A DNA stretch of 64,000 nt from a virus: IMG/VR virus record IMGVR_UViG_3300020183_000020, positions 1 to 64,000 of that record. One strand, 5' to 3'. Below, in pieces: positions 50,186 to 59,111 of this stretch (position 1 is the stretch's first letter; the number at the start of each line of letters is the position of its first letter). The notes under the pieces are model-generated. The model worked only from the letters and a program-made list of their open reading frames with translations, had not been told where the DNA came from and made no database searches. The translations under genes were made by a program, and so were the position numbers.

Positions 50186-51286
50186 ATGTTTAAGACTTCT
50201 ATGATCCGCAGAGCCTTTTTGATGCGTCAGGCTGCCCACAAGCATCTCATGAAGAATGCAGGGCCTTTGACGGATGTGAGTCATCTCCGCCATCAGGCTG
50301 TGTTTTTGATGGGTGCTCCCGGTTCAGGTAAGGGATTCGTCAGCAAGAGGCTGTATCTCAAGTATATGCCCGGTGGCGGTGCTGGTGGCTCTTTAGACCC
50401 CCAAATGTTTCAGCGTGAGCTTTCGGAGCAAGAGAGAGGACTCACCAACCTAAACTTTGAGAGCGTCAGAGACCGTATTGAGACTTATGGTTTTAGGTTA
50501 GAGGTGAATGAGGGGGGGAATTCCGCGACTATCCCTTTCCGCATTTATGACAACAACGAAGTCCTTATTCCGAGAGACCAATGGGAGGAGAAGGCTCCTG
50601 ATATTGTCGATATGATTGAGGGACTAGAAGAAGTGGTTTTCGCAGCCCCCAAGCATGAGCTTCCCTCATATTGGAGAGTTGTAGACCCTGATATGTACAA
50701 GGAAGAGCTTGAAGGCTACTTAGAGACCAAGCCTGGTTATGTTCACGAAATGTCTTCTGAGATGTCCAAGGCGTACTTCGAGGCGGCTATTGCCACAGGT
50801 GACCCCGTTATCGTTGACGGCACGGGTGCAAAAGCTGCCAAGTATGTCGAACAAATTAAAGTCGCAAGAGATGCTGGCTACAGCATCACACTTGTTTGGA
50901 TTTATGTGCCTCTTGTCGCCAACATCATCCGTAACTGCACAAGAGCTAGAGTTGTGCATATCAGCCATGTGACTCGCCTCTTTAAGCAGATGGCGATTAC
51001 TTGGAAAGCCTTAAGCCCCTATCTCGATAAATCAAAGGTGATTAATACCTTTGACCCTAGCTCTTCGGGTGGTGATGCTAAGTCCTACCTCTCAAAGAAG
51101 AGCCTTGTGGACGGATATGTCCAAGAGCATATGGGATATCCTGATCTCTACACCTATATGACCCAATCGCCCGATGTCCCTCAGGATCAGAAAGACCTAG
51201 CGATGGGACTGAGATGGCTAAGTGGTGGAGCGATGAGCGATAAAGAAAGACGGATGCAGGAACTCCGCAATAAGTTTAACCGTTAA
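50186..51286 (+). CDS. Zeta-toxin/AAA_33-like P-loop kinase with basic leader
   Basis: GAPGSGKG..VDPD..IVDGTG..RNCTRAR; class L motif at 50132. Confidence 0.8.
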   Translation: MFKTSMIRRAFLMRQAAHKHLMKNAGPLTDVSHLRHQAVFLMGAPGSGKGFVSKRLYLKYMPGGGAGGSLDPQMFQRELSEQERGLTNLNFESVRDRIETYGFRLEVNEGGNSATIPFRIYDNNEVLIPRDQWEEKAPDIVDMIEGLEEVVFAAPKHELPSYWRVVDPDMYKEELEGYLETKPGYVHEMSSEMSKAYFEAAIATGDPVIVDGTGAKAAKYVEQIKVARDAGYSITLVWIYVPLVANIIRNCTRARVVHISHVTRLFKQMAITWKALSPYLDKSKVINTFDPSSSGGDAKSYLSKKSLVDGYVQEHMGYPDLYTYMTQSPDVPQDQKDLAMGLRWLSGGAMSDKERRMQELRNKFNR

Positions 51287-51308
51287 TAAATCAGCCCCCT
51301 CCTCCCCG

Positions 51309-51686
51309 CTAATAAATCAGTCCCCCTCCGTCCGTTGGACTGCCCTCATTAAAAAAGAACACAAGTTCCTTCGCAAGATAGCCGAGTAAGAACAAATCAA
51401 ACGAATCGGCAAAATGACGGTGTTCTATCTTTGAGTATGTCCTCTCATATATCCGATATATCCTAGGCATATCACCTCGATAGATACGCCTAAATTCCTC
51501 GTTGAATACTTTATAAAAGTAGTTCCCCCAAGTAGGACGGACAAGCATCTTAGATGCAAACTCCTCCTCCAACATCTCAAGAACTAGGTTCTCTGTCTCC
51601 CTATAGTACTGAAAACTCTCCATCTTCGCATAAACATCCTCCCTAGTAAGAAGCGGGGTCTGCTTTTTATTCGATCTCCTGTACAT
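51309..51686 (-). CDS. Hypothetical protein
   Basis: GAGGAG RBS. Confidence 0.7.
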   Translation of the reverse strand: MYRRSNKKQTPLLTREDVYAKMESFQYYRETENLVLEMLEEEFASKMLVRPTWGNYFYKVFNEEFRRIYRGDMPRIYRIYERTYSKIEHRHFADSFDLFLLGYLAKELVFFFNEGSPTDGGGLIY

Positions 51687-51724
51687 TCTAGGCTCCTCTT
51701 AGTCTCACTTATAGTGAATGATCA

Positions 51725-52141
51725 TTAAGAACCTAGCGACTTTTTATCCATTAAGAACTGCCCTAAAGATGCACGAACGGATAACCACACACTCACATCA
51801 CAAGGGTCACCTAGGTTTTCTTTACCCATCTGATCTATTTCGGAACAAATACGCTGAACAGTACTCACGGCAAATTGCTCTTTGTTTTTCATGATGTATC
51901 TAGCTACATCAGAAACTACATAAGTTCGCCTTCCTAATGCGTACCTAAAAGATAGGAACAACAACTGATCTAGTTCTTGTACAGATATCAGAGCCATTTG
52001 CTCTACACTTCTATTGTCCAAGACCGCAGCCTCCCCATCGGAGTTGACGGCATTAATCTTATTACTTAAAGGCACCTGATCTTCAGTAATAAGATATGTG
52101 TGTGAACCCGACATAACCACGGTTGCTTTTCTAAGCGTCAT
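51725..52141 (-). CDS. Hypothetical protein
   Basis: FRYALGRRTY module; N-terminus resembles the C-terminus of 52548-53006. Confidence 0.72.
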   Translation of the reverse strand: MTLRKATVVMSGSHTYLITEDQVPLSNKINAVNSDGEAAVLDNRSVEQMALISVQELDQLLFLSFRYALGRRTYVVSDVARYIMKNKEQFAVSTVQRICSEIDQMGKENLGDPCDVSVWLSVRASLGQFLMDKKSLGS

Positions 52142-52267
52142 TACTCACTCTTTCTCTTTCAGGGTATTGGATAGTGCTTTACCGATCCTAGTGCAGAGAC
52201 ACAATCAAATCGTAGTCGCTGATTTCCTTTATAAGGATGATTCCCTCAAAAGGGGGTCAATGCCCGA

Positions 52268-52606
52268 TTATATAGAATCTGTTTTCGCCCATCCAACACT
52301 TAGTGCGAAAGCCTGTTCTTTCAGCTTGAAGGCTTCCCGCTCCATCTCCATTATTTCTCGCGTGTGGAAGCCATGCGGACCCGACTCAAACACGAGCAGA
52401 AATAGAGCTATGCTGTAGTTAGTTACTCTGTTTACCGCCCGAGTAGCCTTCTTGTTATCCCCACAAGCCACAGCTAGCTCGACATCTTTGAAAGCCCTTT
52501 TGGTCAGGGCGAGATAATGCTTTGCTTTTAGGTGTTCCTCGTTTGGGCTACTTAGGGAGGGCGTGGAGTTTGAGGTATCGAATGTCGAGGACACAGGATT
52601 CTCCAT
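52268..52606 (-). CDS. Hypothetical protein
   Basis: 3' end duplicated at 53721-53821. Confidence 0.6.
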   Translation of the reverse strand: MENPVSSTFDTSNSTPSLSSPNEEHLKAKHYLALTKRAFKDVELAVACGDNKKATRAVNRVTNYSIALFLLVFESGPHGFHTREIMEMEREAFKLKEQAFALSVGWAKTDSI

Positions 52607-53006
52607 TTGCGTTCCTAGCGTGGATTTTATGCGACTGAGGTACTTGGTCTTCGCTTAGTGTGTAGAGATGTACATCCTCGGAGACAACCATGTCTTTCTT
52701 AAAGACAAAGTTTTTGCTGACGATGGGTAAGAGGCTCAGGAAATGATTTATGGGGAGATAAGGATATATCTCCCCATCCCATATGGGGAACCCAAAAGGC
52801 AGGTACGGAGGGCAGGTGTACTGCATATCCTTCAAACAAAAAAATAACTCAACTGAGAGATATCTCCCATCTTGGTCTTCTTCTGAGTATGATCCTTCTC
52901 CCGCATAAATAAAAAGATCATGGTCTTGATCTACTTCAATCTTATAGAGCTTGCTTATGGGTCTGATACATTCAAATCCATAATCGAGTAAAACTCGTAA
53001 TTCCAT
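52548..53006 (-). CDS. Hypothetical protein
   Basis: 152-aa ORF. Confidence 0.7.
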   Translation of the reverse strand: MELRVLLDYGFECIRPISKLYKIEVDQDHDLFIYAGEGSYSEEDQDGRYLSVELFFCLKDMQYTCPPYLPFGFPIWDGEIYPYLPINHFLSLLPIVSKNFVFKKDMVVSEDVHLYTLSEDQVPQSHKIHARNANGESCVLDIRYLKLHALPK

Positions 53007-53045
53007 TTGGAGTGCCTTTCAAGTTTATTCCCTGTTCTCAGGGAT

Positions 53046-53489
53046 TTAACAGGTTGCGTTATCTTCCAACAGCACCACATCCCCCCCCTTCACCACATGG
53101 AGCAACATCGCCATCACACCGATGTCGGGGATGTCGCAATCCTTAACGAACACGCGATACATCCCTATACGAGAGTATAGAGAAAAGACCTTCCCTTCAG
53201 TTGTCACAAAAGTCCACCCATGTGAGTCTCCCTCAACACGATGAGGGGTGCCAAACGCCTTGAGAAAGTTCCCCTCCTCGTCTGTGAGCAAGCCACCATA
53301 ACCCTGAGTCGTGGTCATAGTAGCCTTCCTCAGAAAAGGGGTCGAGGAAAAGTTTCCCATAGAGACTTCAGATAAAGCGAGCTTGAAGGCGGCGGAAGTC
53401 GCCTCGTTACGAACTGCAAGGTCAGCGTCGGAGACGACATGACCGGGCGGGATGGGGGAAACGCTTAATACAACAAACGGCTTACTCAT
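53046..53489 (-). CDS. Hypothetical protein
   Basis: 147-aa ORF. Confidence 0.7.
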   Translation of the reverse strand: MSKPFVVLSVSPIPPGHVVSDADLAVRNEATSAAFKLALSEVSMGNFSSTPFLRKATMTTTQGYGGLLTDEEGNFLKAFGTPHRVEGDSHGWTFVTTEGKVFSLYSRIGMYRVFVKDCDIPDIGVMAMLLHVVKGGDVVLLEDNATC

Positions 53490-53720
53490 ATCTGAACTAC
53501 CTTTTGACCCTTGAGGGGTCTAATGTGGTCTATTAGACGGAAGCCTTTTGAGTACAAAGGCTCGCATCATCGGGACACACGGACTAATGGAATATCTTCG
53601 CTCGTCATACACTTCATCAAAAGGGGAAAGTTCTGCAATCAGCACTTTCAGCACATTTTGGATAAGTTCACACGAACTCACAGATTGGACAATCTTCACG
53701 GATTGATCCTTATGCTGTGG

Positions 53721-53821
53721 GAATCTGTTTTTGCCCATCCAACACTTAGTTCGAAAGCCTGTTCTTTCAGCTTGAAGGCTCCCCGCTCCATCTCCATTAT
53801 TTCTCGGATATGGAAGCCATG
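53721..53821. repeat. ~100-bp direct repeat of 52275-52375
   Basis: GAATCTGTTTT.GCCCATCCAACACTTAGT...GGAAGCCATG with few mismatches. Confidence 0.9.
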
Positions 53822-54998
53822 TGTTCTTTCAAGGAGTGTTTGATATTCTTGGCAATTTCTTGAAAGATAACAGTAGGAACCGATTCACCAAGCGATTGCC
53901 TAATCTTAAGCTCTTCTTTTTTTAAGAATTTTGTTTTATCAGCCAATGAGAGATTGTTTAGATATTCTAAATCATGAACTGCCCATTTGAAAGATGATGG
54001 AACCGTCATCATGCACATCAACTCTCGGATACTAAATACGCGGTCATCCGCAGGATGTATCGTATTTTGACTAGCGAGTTGGTCATTTCGAGTGTGAATG
54101 CAAGGGCCAATTTTATCCCAATATTGACGCTTATATTTGTCACCATTTTTTTGTTGATTAATAACAATGCTTCCGTCTTTCACTTGGTGTGGTTTTTTAT
54201 GATTGTCCTTGTTTTCAAATGCAGATTGCCCCTCTTTTAAATCACAAATCCACTCCCTCATGTGTTTTGGATAGACTCTAAAAGCATGATAAATATCATT
54301 TGAGTCAATTTCTCCGAGGATTTTAAGTGGTCTTAGGTGACCGATTACCTCTCTTAAAGTATTCTCTTTTTTTAACGATGGATATAAGTCATATGGTGAT
54401 ATATCATCTGCTAACTCATTCAAAACGCCAATAACTAATGTTCTTTGCCTACTTGAGCACGCTCCATGATTTTTGAAATTTATTGTTTTGGATATGTAAG
54501 AGTATTGTCCACCCAAGGCGTTTTTAATTGCACTCTCAATCGTTTTGTCCACATAATCAATATCCGTACAAATGGTTTTCATAAAAGCTGGGACATTTTC
54601 AAATATAAAAATTCTCGGCTTAATTTTACTGATTAGTTTAATAGACTCTACCACCAAAGAATTTCTAATAATTTCATCACCTTTCTTATTATGATTGGCG
54701 ACCGACATCCCTTGGCAAGGTGGAGTTGCGATAACAACATCAATCTGATTAACTTTCTCTTTTTTTTCCCACAGATCAATTTCTGCGATCACTTGAGATT
54801 TGATTTCATCAGTAGATATGTCCCCATAGATATATCCACTTCCATACTTACACTTAGTATTAAATCTTTGAATATCCAATCGTCTTTGAATTAATTCATT
54901 AGTAGCTACGCATTCAAAACCCTCTGATTTAAAACCATAACATCCGATGCCCGCACCGCTGAAAAGACTAATATATGTTAGTTTGTTTTTTTTTTCAT
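53797..54998 (-). CDS. DNA cytosine-5 methyltransferase, out of frame at an A10 tract after the ATG
   Basis: ISLFSGAG, PPCQG, ENV, RQR, GESVP; ATG-A10 gives MKKKTN*. Confidence 0.88.
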
Positions 54999-55098
54999 TT
55001 GTCTGTTTCTCCGTCGTTCGGTTGTGGGGGCTTTAACAACTAGTCAGTATAGTCTGAACACTCATAGGTCTTTCGTTCGGGTTCTCATTTCTTATGAA

Positions 55099-55172
55099 TG
55101 GGCAATCTGGGGCTTGAACCCAGGACCGACCGTTTATGAGACGGGTGCTCTAACCAACTGAGCTAAATGCCC
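55099..55172 (-). tRNA. tRNA-CAU (Ile2 or elongator Met)
   Basis: Loop CTCATAA; paired 1:72, so not an initiator. Confidence 0.9.
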
Positions 55173-55178
55173 TTAGAT

Positions 55179-55267
55179 TCAATGTCCCATCTGACTGTGC
55201 CGCTTCTATACGGCTGCCACCAGATTGTACGATTTAAGCTGAGGTTCACGACCGTAGAGAACATTGA
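55179..55267 (-). ncRNA. Candidate 89-nt three-way-junction RNA between tRNAs
   Basis: UCAAUGUUC/GGACAUUGA closing stem plus two internal stems. Confidence 0.45.
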
Positions 55268-55268
55268 G

Positions 55269-55342
<74 letters not shown>

Positions 55343-55390
55343 TTATATGAACACTATACCACGCCGACGGGGGCGTTATAACATTTCAAA

Positions 55391-55472
55391 TGCCCAAGGT
55401 CGGACTTGAACCGACACTCCCGAAGGAAACGGATTTTGAATCCGCCGCGTCTACCAATTCCACCACTCGGGC
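55391..55472 (-). tRNA. tRNA-Leu(CAA)
   Basis: Loop TTCAAAA; long variable arm. Confidence 0.95.
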
Positions 55473-55569
55473 TAATGTCCCCATCCGTTGATGGGGAGGG
55501 GAGGTTTGAACCGCTGTTCTCCTACACTAGTATAGAAACCTGACTAGGACTTCAAGGAAAAAAGAAGCA

Positions 55570-55959
55570 TCAGCCCCATTTTAACAGAAAAGGTTTTTTA
55601 TCCTTGGGGTGTAGAGGATATCTCAGAACATCTGAGATAGGAACCCACTTCCAATCCATGTGTTCGTCATTGATGGTGGGCGTAAACTTTACATCTACTT
55701 CGGCTAGATAGAGCGTGTACCCACTACAGTAGATTTCGTCATAGATTTGATACGGCACCCCGCTGCCAATAAGTTGCCGTTCTTCATCTCCTCCTAGCTC
55801 TTCATATGTTTCTCTGAGAGCTGTGGTGTAGTGATCTTCGCCTTCTTCAGTCTTCCCCCCTGGGAAGTTCCATGTACCGCCCCACTTGTCGTGTGGAGAT
55901 AAGACCCTCTTTAGGATAAGCGTATCACTTCCACATATGAACATAACTCCTGCACCCAT
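55570..55959 (-). CDS. NUDIX hydrolase
   Basis: GGKTEEGEDHYTTALRETYEELG Nudix box. Confidence 0.92.
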   Translation of the reverse strand: MGAGVMFICGSDTLILKRVLSPHDKWGGTWNFPGGKTEEGEDHYTTALRETYEELGGDEERQLIGSGVPYQIYDEIYCSGYTLYLAEVDVKFTPTINDEHMDWKWVPISDVLRYPLHPKDKKPFLLKWG

Positions 55960-56081
55960 ACTAGTTCTCCTTCTTATGGTGTCGATTAGGTCTAGGTTTT
56001 ACCAAGTGGGCTGAGTTTTCTTATTTCTTTTATACTAGTTGCATATGTCGGTCAAAAAACCGACCCTATGGAGTCACAATC

Positions 56082-56474
56082 ATGATAAGAAGAACCGCTA
56101 GTGAAGTTTTAAGAAGCCTTGAGATGAGAGTCTCCCGCCTTGAGGGTAAGACAGCGACTCGCAGAACCGCTGCCAAGAAAATCCGTTTGGATAGAAATGT
56201 GGAGCAGAGGGTGATGAGAGAGATCGCTGATCGGTTTGACATAGAAATGGATGAAGACTCATATTATTGGCACAACCCTGTTTTTGAGGTTTTAGCTGAA
56301 GAAAAGGGTAGCCGCAATGTGTCCGAAGGTTCAATATTTCAGCTTCTAAAGCTAGCGAATGACGACTACTATGTGGTGCTACAGGTCATCCCTTTCGCAA
56401 ATGACTCGGACATCATAGGTGTTTACGACAGCATCTCTGATGCCCTGCGTGATTTCAAGCTAGCCAACCGCTAA
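56082..56474 (+). CDS. Tag-bearing protein (MIRRTASEVLRSLEMRVSRLEGKTATRRTAA)
   Basis: Class L motif at 56022; GGAG RBS. Confidence 0.85.
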   Translation: MIRRTASEVLRSLEMRVSRLEGKTATRRTAAKKIRLDRNVEQRVMREIADRFDIEMDEDSYYWHNPVFEVLAEEKGSRNVSEGSIFQLLKLANDDYYVVLQVIPFANDSDIIGVYDSISDALRDFKLANR

Positions 56475-56525
56475 TAAGCCTTCTATTATCTAATGTAGCT
56501 CCATACCGACAATGGAGCTACATAG

Positions 56526-56897
56526 ATGAAGTACCTGTATCACTACGAAGCTGAGGTTTTATCCGTATATGACGGAGATACCTGCACTCTTCAAATAGCC
56601 TGTGGGTTTGATATGTTCACGCGGGTGACATTTAGGCTGACGGGGATAGACACGCCTGAGATGAAGTCCAAAGACGCGACCAAGAAAGAGGCGGCAGTAT
56701 CTGCGAGAGACCACTTAAGAAGTCGTATCATGGGGAAGAAAGTAATAGTGAACACGAAGGAGAGAGAGAAGTACGGAAGGTGGCTCGGTTATTTGTGGGT
56801 GGATGAAAATGGGGATGAACTTGGGGAGTCTCTTAATGAGGAGATGATCCGTCTAGGTCACGCTTCTCCCTATGATGGTGGAAAGAAGACCCTATGA
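56526..56897 (+). CDS. Thermonuclease (SNase family)
   Basis: DGDT..RLTGIDTPE..KYGRWL; 12-bp RBS hairpin at 56493-56523. Confidence 0.92.
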   Translation: MKYLYHYEAEVLSVYDGDTCTLQIACGFDMFTRVTFRLTGIDTPEMKSKDATKKEAAVSARDHLRSRIMGKKVIVNTKEREKYGRWLGYLWVDENGDELGESLNEEMIRLGHASPYDGGKKTL

Positions 56898-56914
56898 TGG
56901 GGGAAAGAAGAGCG

Positions 56915-57295
56915 TTATTCCTTTTCAGGTGCGGTTTGGATAACCAAACCATCTAAGTCCATGAGGTCAACAGGTTCATCAAAAGACGGCTCATCGGGTA
57001 CCTCAGGGATAAAGTCGAAAAGCCCCTGAGTTTCGTTCATCCAATCCTCGTACTTCTCTGCCTTGTCGGACTCGTGCCAAGAGTCGGACAACCCATCAAA
57101 GTAGTCTTGCTGTGCGTCTACCACATCTTGGATGGCGTTGATGAGGTCGTCACTCTTGGACGAGACCTGCAAGAGAAGGTTCTCCAACTTGTCCCGAGCC
57201 TCAGCGAGGGCTGTGTTGTATGCCTCGATAGAGGCGTTGAGGTCAGCGAATCCATTTTGGATATCCTTTTGCTGTGCCATATTGAACTTGATCAT
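56915..57295 (-). CDS. Acidic coiled-coil early protein
   Basis: Class E promoter upstream. Confidence 0.8.
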   Translation of the reverse strand: MIKFNMAQQKDIQNGFADLNASIEAYNTALAEARDKLENLLLQVSSKSDDLINAIQDVVDAQQDYFDGLSDSWHESDKAEKYEDWMNETQGLFDFIPEVPDEPSFDEPVDLMDLDGLVIQTAPEKE

Positions 57296-57333
57296 GCTGA
57301 TCTCCCCGTTTGGTTGGGTGGTGGTTGCCCCTC

Positions 57334-57363
57334 TCTAATGCACCACTAGAGGGTTTGGGATAC
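57334..57363 (-). promoter_or_regulatory. Class E promoter
   Basis: GTATCCCA-N15-CATTAGA. Confidence 0.7.
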
Positions 57364-57391
57364 AAAATTTGTAGTCTTTAATTAGGAAGAG

Positions 57392-58276
57392 CTAGTTCTT
57401 TACTATAAGGATTTCGTGAGAAGCCTTCGGCGTATTTCCTATTTCCTGCTTATTTTTGCCGACGCGGGTTTCACCTTGTCCATATGAATATGCCCATTCA
57501 GGAAAGTAAAACTCGAACCCCTCATAGTAATTACGGATTTCTTCGCAGTCGTTGTATGAGAGAACGAACCGACCTTTATGGGAGTGGAGCAAGTCTCTCA
57601 GCTTCTCATGGTCGAAGGAGTTATGGTGAACCGCGAAGTTTCCATTGGGGTATAGCCCCTTGAACATCTTGTTGTCCTCAGACTCCTCTAAGAAATAAGG
57701 AGGGTCTAGGTAGAGGACATCATTTGGGTGAGCCTCGATGACTTTCTCGAAGCTGCTTTCTTCTACTATGAGGGAAGGGTTGCGGTAGTTTCTGAGCTTA
57801 TAACACATATCCTCCCATTTCTTGGGGGTATATATCGAGGAGAGCCAACCGAGATATTGAGGTCCGTAGGACAGGTTATGGTTGAAGAAATAATAGGCTG
57901 CTCCGATGATAGGGTCGAGTTCGATAGGGTTTCGAGCATAGTGGTTGGTATGCCAACCCACGAAGAGAGCTTGGCTTTTGTTCCAAGAGAGGAGCTGTTC
58001 TTTGATGGTGTCGTAGTCTGACAGGCTGAGTTTAGAGGCTTCCTCGTAGAGTTTCTGAGGTTCTGTGAGAAGAACTCGCCAAAAGTTTACGAGGATTGAG
58101 AATATGTCGAAGCCTAAAACTTGAACCATTTTCTCACTTGCCCACCGAGACTCAAGGCTCCCTCCACCGAGAAAGGGAGAAACGATAGTTTTGGGATAGC
58201 TCTTGGAGAATAAGTGTGGGGTGATTAGCTCATACGCTTTTGACTTACCACCAGGGTATCTTAAGGGAGTCTTCAC
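57392..58276 (-). CDS. Dam-like (D12 class) N6-adenine methyltransferase
   Basis: LRYPGGKS, PFLGGGS, YLDPPY, LSYN. Confidence 0.92.
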   Translation of the reverse strand: MKTPLRYPGGKSKAYELITPHLFSKSYPKTIVSPFLGGGSLESRWASEKMVQVLGFDIFSILVNFWRVLLTEPQKLYEEASKLSLSDYDTIKEQLLSWNKSQALFVGWHTNHYARNPIELDPIIGAAYYFFNHNLSYGPQYLGWLSSIYTPKKWEDMCYKLRNYRNPSLIVEESSFEKVIEAHPNDVLYLDPPYFLEESEDNKMFKGLYPNGNFAVHHNSFDHEKLRDLLHSHKGRFVLSYNDCEEIRNYYEGFEFYFPEWAYSYGQGETRVGKNKQEIGNTPKASHEILIVKN

Positions 58277-58369
58277 GGAGGTTCCTTAACGCTTTAGACT
58301 TTTTATAGTGGTTTATACCACACCCATCCATTAGGGGTATGTCCCTAGTCCATCAGTTCTGAGTGTTTT

Positions 58370-59023
58370 TCAGAAGACTATCCGATACGGATAAATGGAT
58401 TGGATAGTTAGGGGCTGAAGTTTATCTATTGCGATAAATGCGGATTTTCCTTTGTCCCTTGCCGCGTGAGCTCGGACAAACTCACGCCTAAAGTTGTTGG
58501 GGTCTGTTAAGTCGTTTGGGCTAGAGAGACCTGCTATGTAGAACATCTCCCGATCATTAGAGGTTTCCCTGAAGACAATCACCTCAGGTGAAGAGCCTTG
58601 TCGGTTGGGGTACATTATGGGATAGTTCCCCCAGCAGACGCTCTTTACTCCGACCGCATATCCCGCTTGGCTAAGATCGGAAGAGAATTCTTGCGAGCAC
58701 CTAACGGATAAGTCCAACACTTCGGTGAAGTCCAAACCCAAGAACTTGCAGACCGCAGCTTCGCCGTACAGCCCCGTCCTCCATCTTTTTTCTTCCTCGT
58801 TGGGGTCTTTCTGATGGTCTGCTTCGGTCTTCTTCTTTTTTATGATTTTAAAAATACGCTCATCGAGGTAGTCCACCTCCCCTTTATCCAATTCGACTTT
58901 TGGATATGTGTTCTTGAGTGGTGCGACACAGATTTGAAAGTGCTGTTCGGCATCACCCCACTTCACAAGTTTTTCGGGTGTAACTGCGACATCTGCATCG
59001 TCAAAGTCTTTTATCCAATTCAT
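58370..59023 (-). CDS. Hypothetical protein, possible PD-(D/E)xK-like nuclease
   Basis: GLYGEAAV..D..VGVKS; adjacent to the methyltransferase. Confidence 0.55.
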   Translation of the reverse strand: MNWIKDFDDADVAVTPEKLVKWGDAEQHFQICVAPLKNTYPKVELDKGEVDYLDERIFKIIKKKKTEADHQKDPNEEEKRWRTGLYGEAAVCKFLGLDFTEVLDLSVRCSQEFSSDLSQAGYAVGVKSVCWGNYPIMYPNRQGSSPEVIVFRETSNDREMFYIAGLSSPNDLTDPNNFRREFVRAHAARDKGKSAFIAIDKLQPLTIQSIYPYRIVF

Positions 59024-59111
59024 GTTATTCCTCCGTTGTGTGTTCTCTTACATATAGGAATTGTAATGGTTCTATGAATCCTAAAAGGTATCTCGATATT
59101 AGGTGAGAAAT

